A model generated the notes under the pieces. It had not been told where the DNA came from. It searched no databases and saw only the letters and a list, made by a program, of their open reading frames with translations. From Perkinsus olseni (lineage: Eukaryota), in NCBI GenBank assembly GCA_013115125.1, contig JABANN010000332.1, forward strand, positions 1 to 38,276: a stretch of 38,276 nucleotides of DNA. Direction: 5' to 3'. Shown one piece after another: positions 36,845-38,276 of this stretch. How positions within the stretch are numbered: the stretch's first letter is position 1; each line of letters begins with the position of its first letter. A program made the position numbers and the translations under genes.

Positions 36845-37533
36845 GGGAAAATATGCACCTAGCCAGCTACATATGTAGCTGAGGAACACACGAAAATTGA
36901 GGAAAGCCTCGGACTGGTCGGGCAAAGTTCGGCGGGGCCATTCAGGGTCCACTAGAGAGGATACATGGGATGATGGCGAGTCACCATGGGGATCACTCGG
37001 AGTCCGTGAGTATTTCATTGTGACATTAAAAAAGCCCCAATGGGGCTGCCCCATGTTTGTGCGGCGCTCTTGTTACCGAACACGCCCTTGGGCCAATGTT
37101 CAGTCAACATGTTGACTACCGACTGCGCGACCAGGGTCACTGAAGTGCACGCGCGCACCCCATGAGGCGCCGATTTCTCTCCCCCTAACCCAGCGCTAGG
37201 TAACTCTAGTCTATGGTGTAAGAGCAATCTTCAGGACGCAATGTGATGATGAAATTCTCACCAGTCATACATCCACTCCCGAGAGTACCCCGAGCCCGGT
37301 TACCAGCCGTAGGCAGCAACACCGTGAGAACGCGTGCACACGCGATCCCGTGCACGTATGCTCAAGAGGTCCAGGGCTGGGCTCCTACGTCGTTCGATTC
37401 CAGGAAGTTGTCATTGCAGCCAGAACACTAGGCAGGCTTACAATACTAGACTAGTATTACTAGTTGGCAGTCCACCCTCGGGGGTAACTCCGTTGCCAAG
37501 ATTCTACAATCTCAGTTTTTCCTACGCCGCCAT

Positions 37534-38276
37534 ATGTCGTGCCAGCTGTCTAAAGACTTTCTACGATGCGCATACTGTGATGAGCCGGCTATGAGAGCCG
37601 ACAACCTGAGAAGACATATCAATGCTGTCCATTCCGGGAAGCCATTCAAAGCCAGACCGCCGCCTGGCGTTCGCAGTGTCCTGGACATGTTTCCGAAGAG
37701 GGCGCGCGATGATGGGGAGGATGGGCCCGATCCCAAACGAGATGAGCCGCCGAAGAACCTTCGCCGTAATATACCTCATCTTTGCTATCACGTCGCCCTT
37801 CTCAAGGCTCTCTTCAGTGAAAAGACTCTTCGGAACATCGGAGTTCACGTATAGGATCTGAATTATCCTCGTCGCAGGTACGGATGGAGGGAGTGGAGAG
37901 AAAAGCAAACATGTGGTTGACCCACTCCCAAGCGCACCCGCGTCGTCGTCATCGTCATCATCCTCATCATCGGCGTCGAATCTAGCCAAGGCCTCTGCAG
38001 CTGATTCTCAACGACGCGATGTTGTGGCCCGGGAAGATTCGACTCATCATCTCGGTAACTTCAAATCGGCAATGTATCCGGTCGCTAGCCTCAAGAATCA
38101 AGAAACAATCATTCGGAAGATAGACTGTATGAGCAGCGCTCTCAATGAGGTTCTCGAGGGTGAGGCTCGCAAGAGGGCTAAGAGTGACCTGGTCACTGCT
38201 GTGAAGTCTGCGGGTCAGAATTTTCGAGTATGTTGGTTATCTAACCAAGTCATCTGCACGACTTGTGAGAAGTATA
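37534..38276 (+). CDS. 5' part of a zinc-finger gene, possibly a hAT/ZNF862-like transposase (truncated by window end)
   Basis: Exon 37534-37765 has CAYC..MRADNLRRHINAVH (C2H2/BED-like). Intron 37766-37877 (gtaata..cgcag) joins in frame to an open exon ending WLSNQVICTTCEKY, like the start of a TTF-type finger. The catalytic domain is not in the window. Confidence 0.55.

Noticed and set aside
1-38276. CRISPR arrays, rRNA or intact tRNA genes
   Set aside because: No regularly spaced repeats or recognisable rRNA, and the tRNA-like motifs do not fold into full cloverleaves.

Overview
Eukaryotic genomic DNA, about 50% GC, with many short GT-AG introns. The gene style suggests an alveolate protist, probably Perkinsus-like (inference only). 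Left to right: a probable decayed retroelement (~0.7-1.8 kb), a 6-exon glutathione S-transferase, a multi-exon coiled-coil gene, and a repeat-rich block (~9.2-16.1 kb) around an intronless 496-aa membrane protein with a TIR-like fold and an intact catalytic-type Glu. From 18.4 to 36.7 kb is a run of minus-strand genes: START-domain membrane protein, hypothetical, CW-type zinc finger-like, hypothetical, two tandem MFS transporters, PHD/ePHD chromatin protein and DNA primase small subunit. The window ends in the 5' part of a zinc-finger gene that may be a hAT-type transposase. The most striking unexplained signal is a large excess of perfect palindromes with a single-nucleotide centre in non-coding DNA. 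One of them can be seen as a 14-nt insertion in one copy of a diverged inverted repeat, resembling hairpin-type transposon excision or template-switch scars. There is one 98-N gap and several stretches look like low-quality consensus. Exon boundaries were read by eye.
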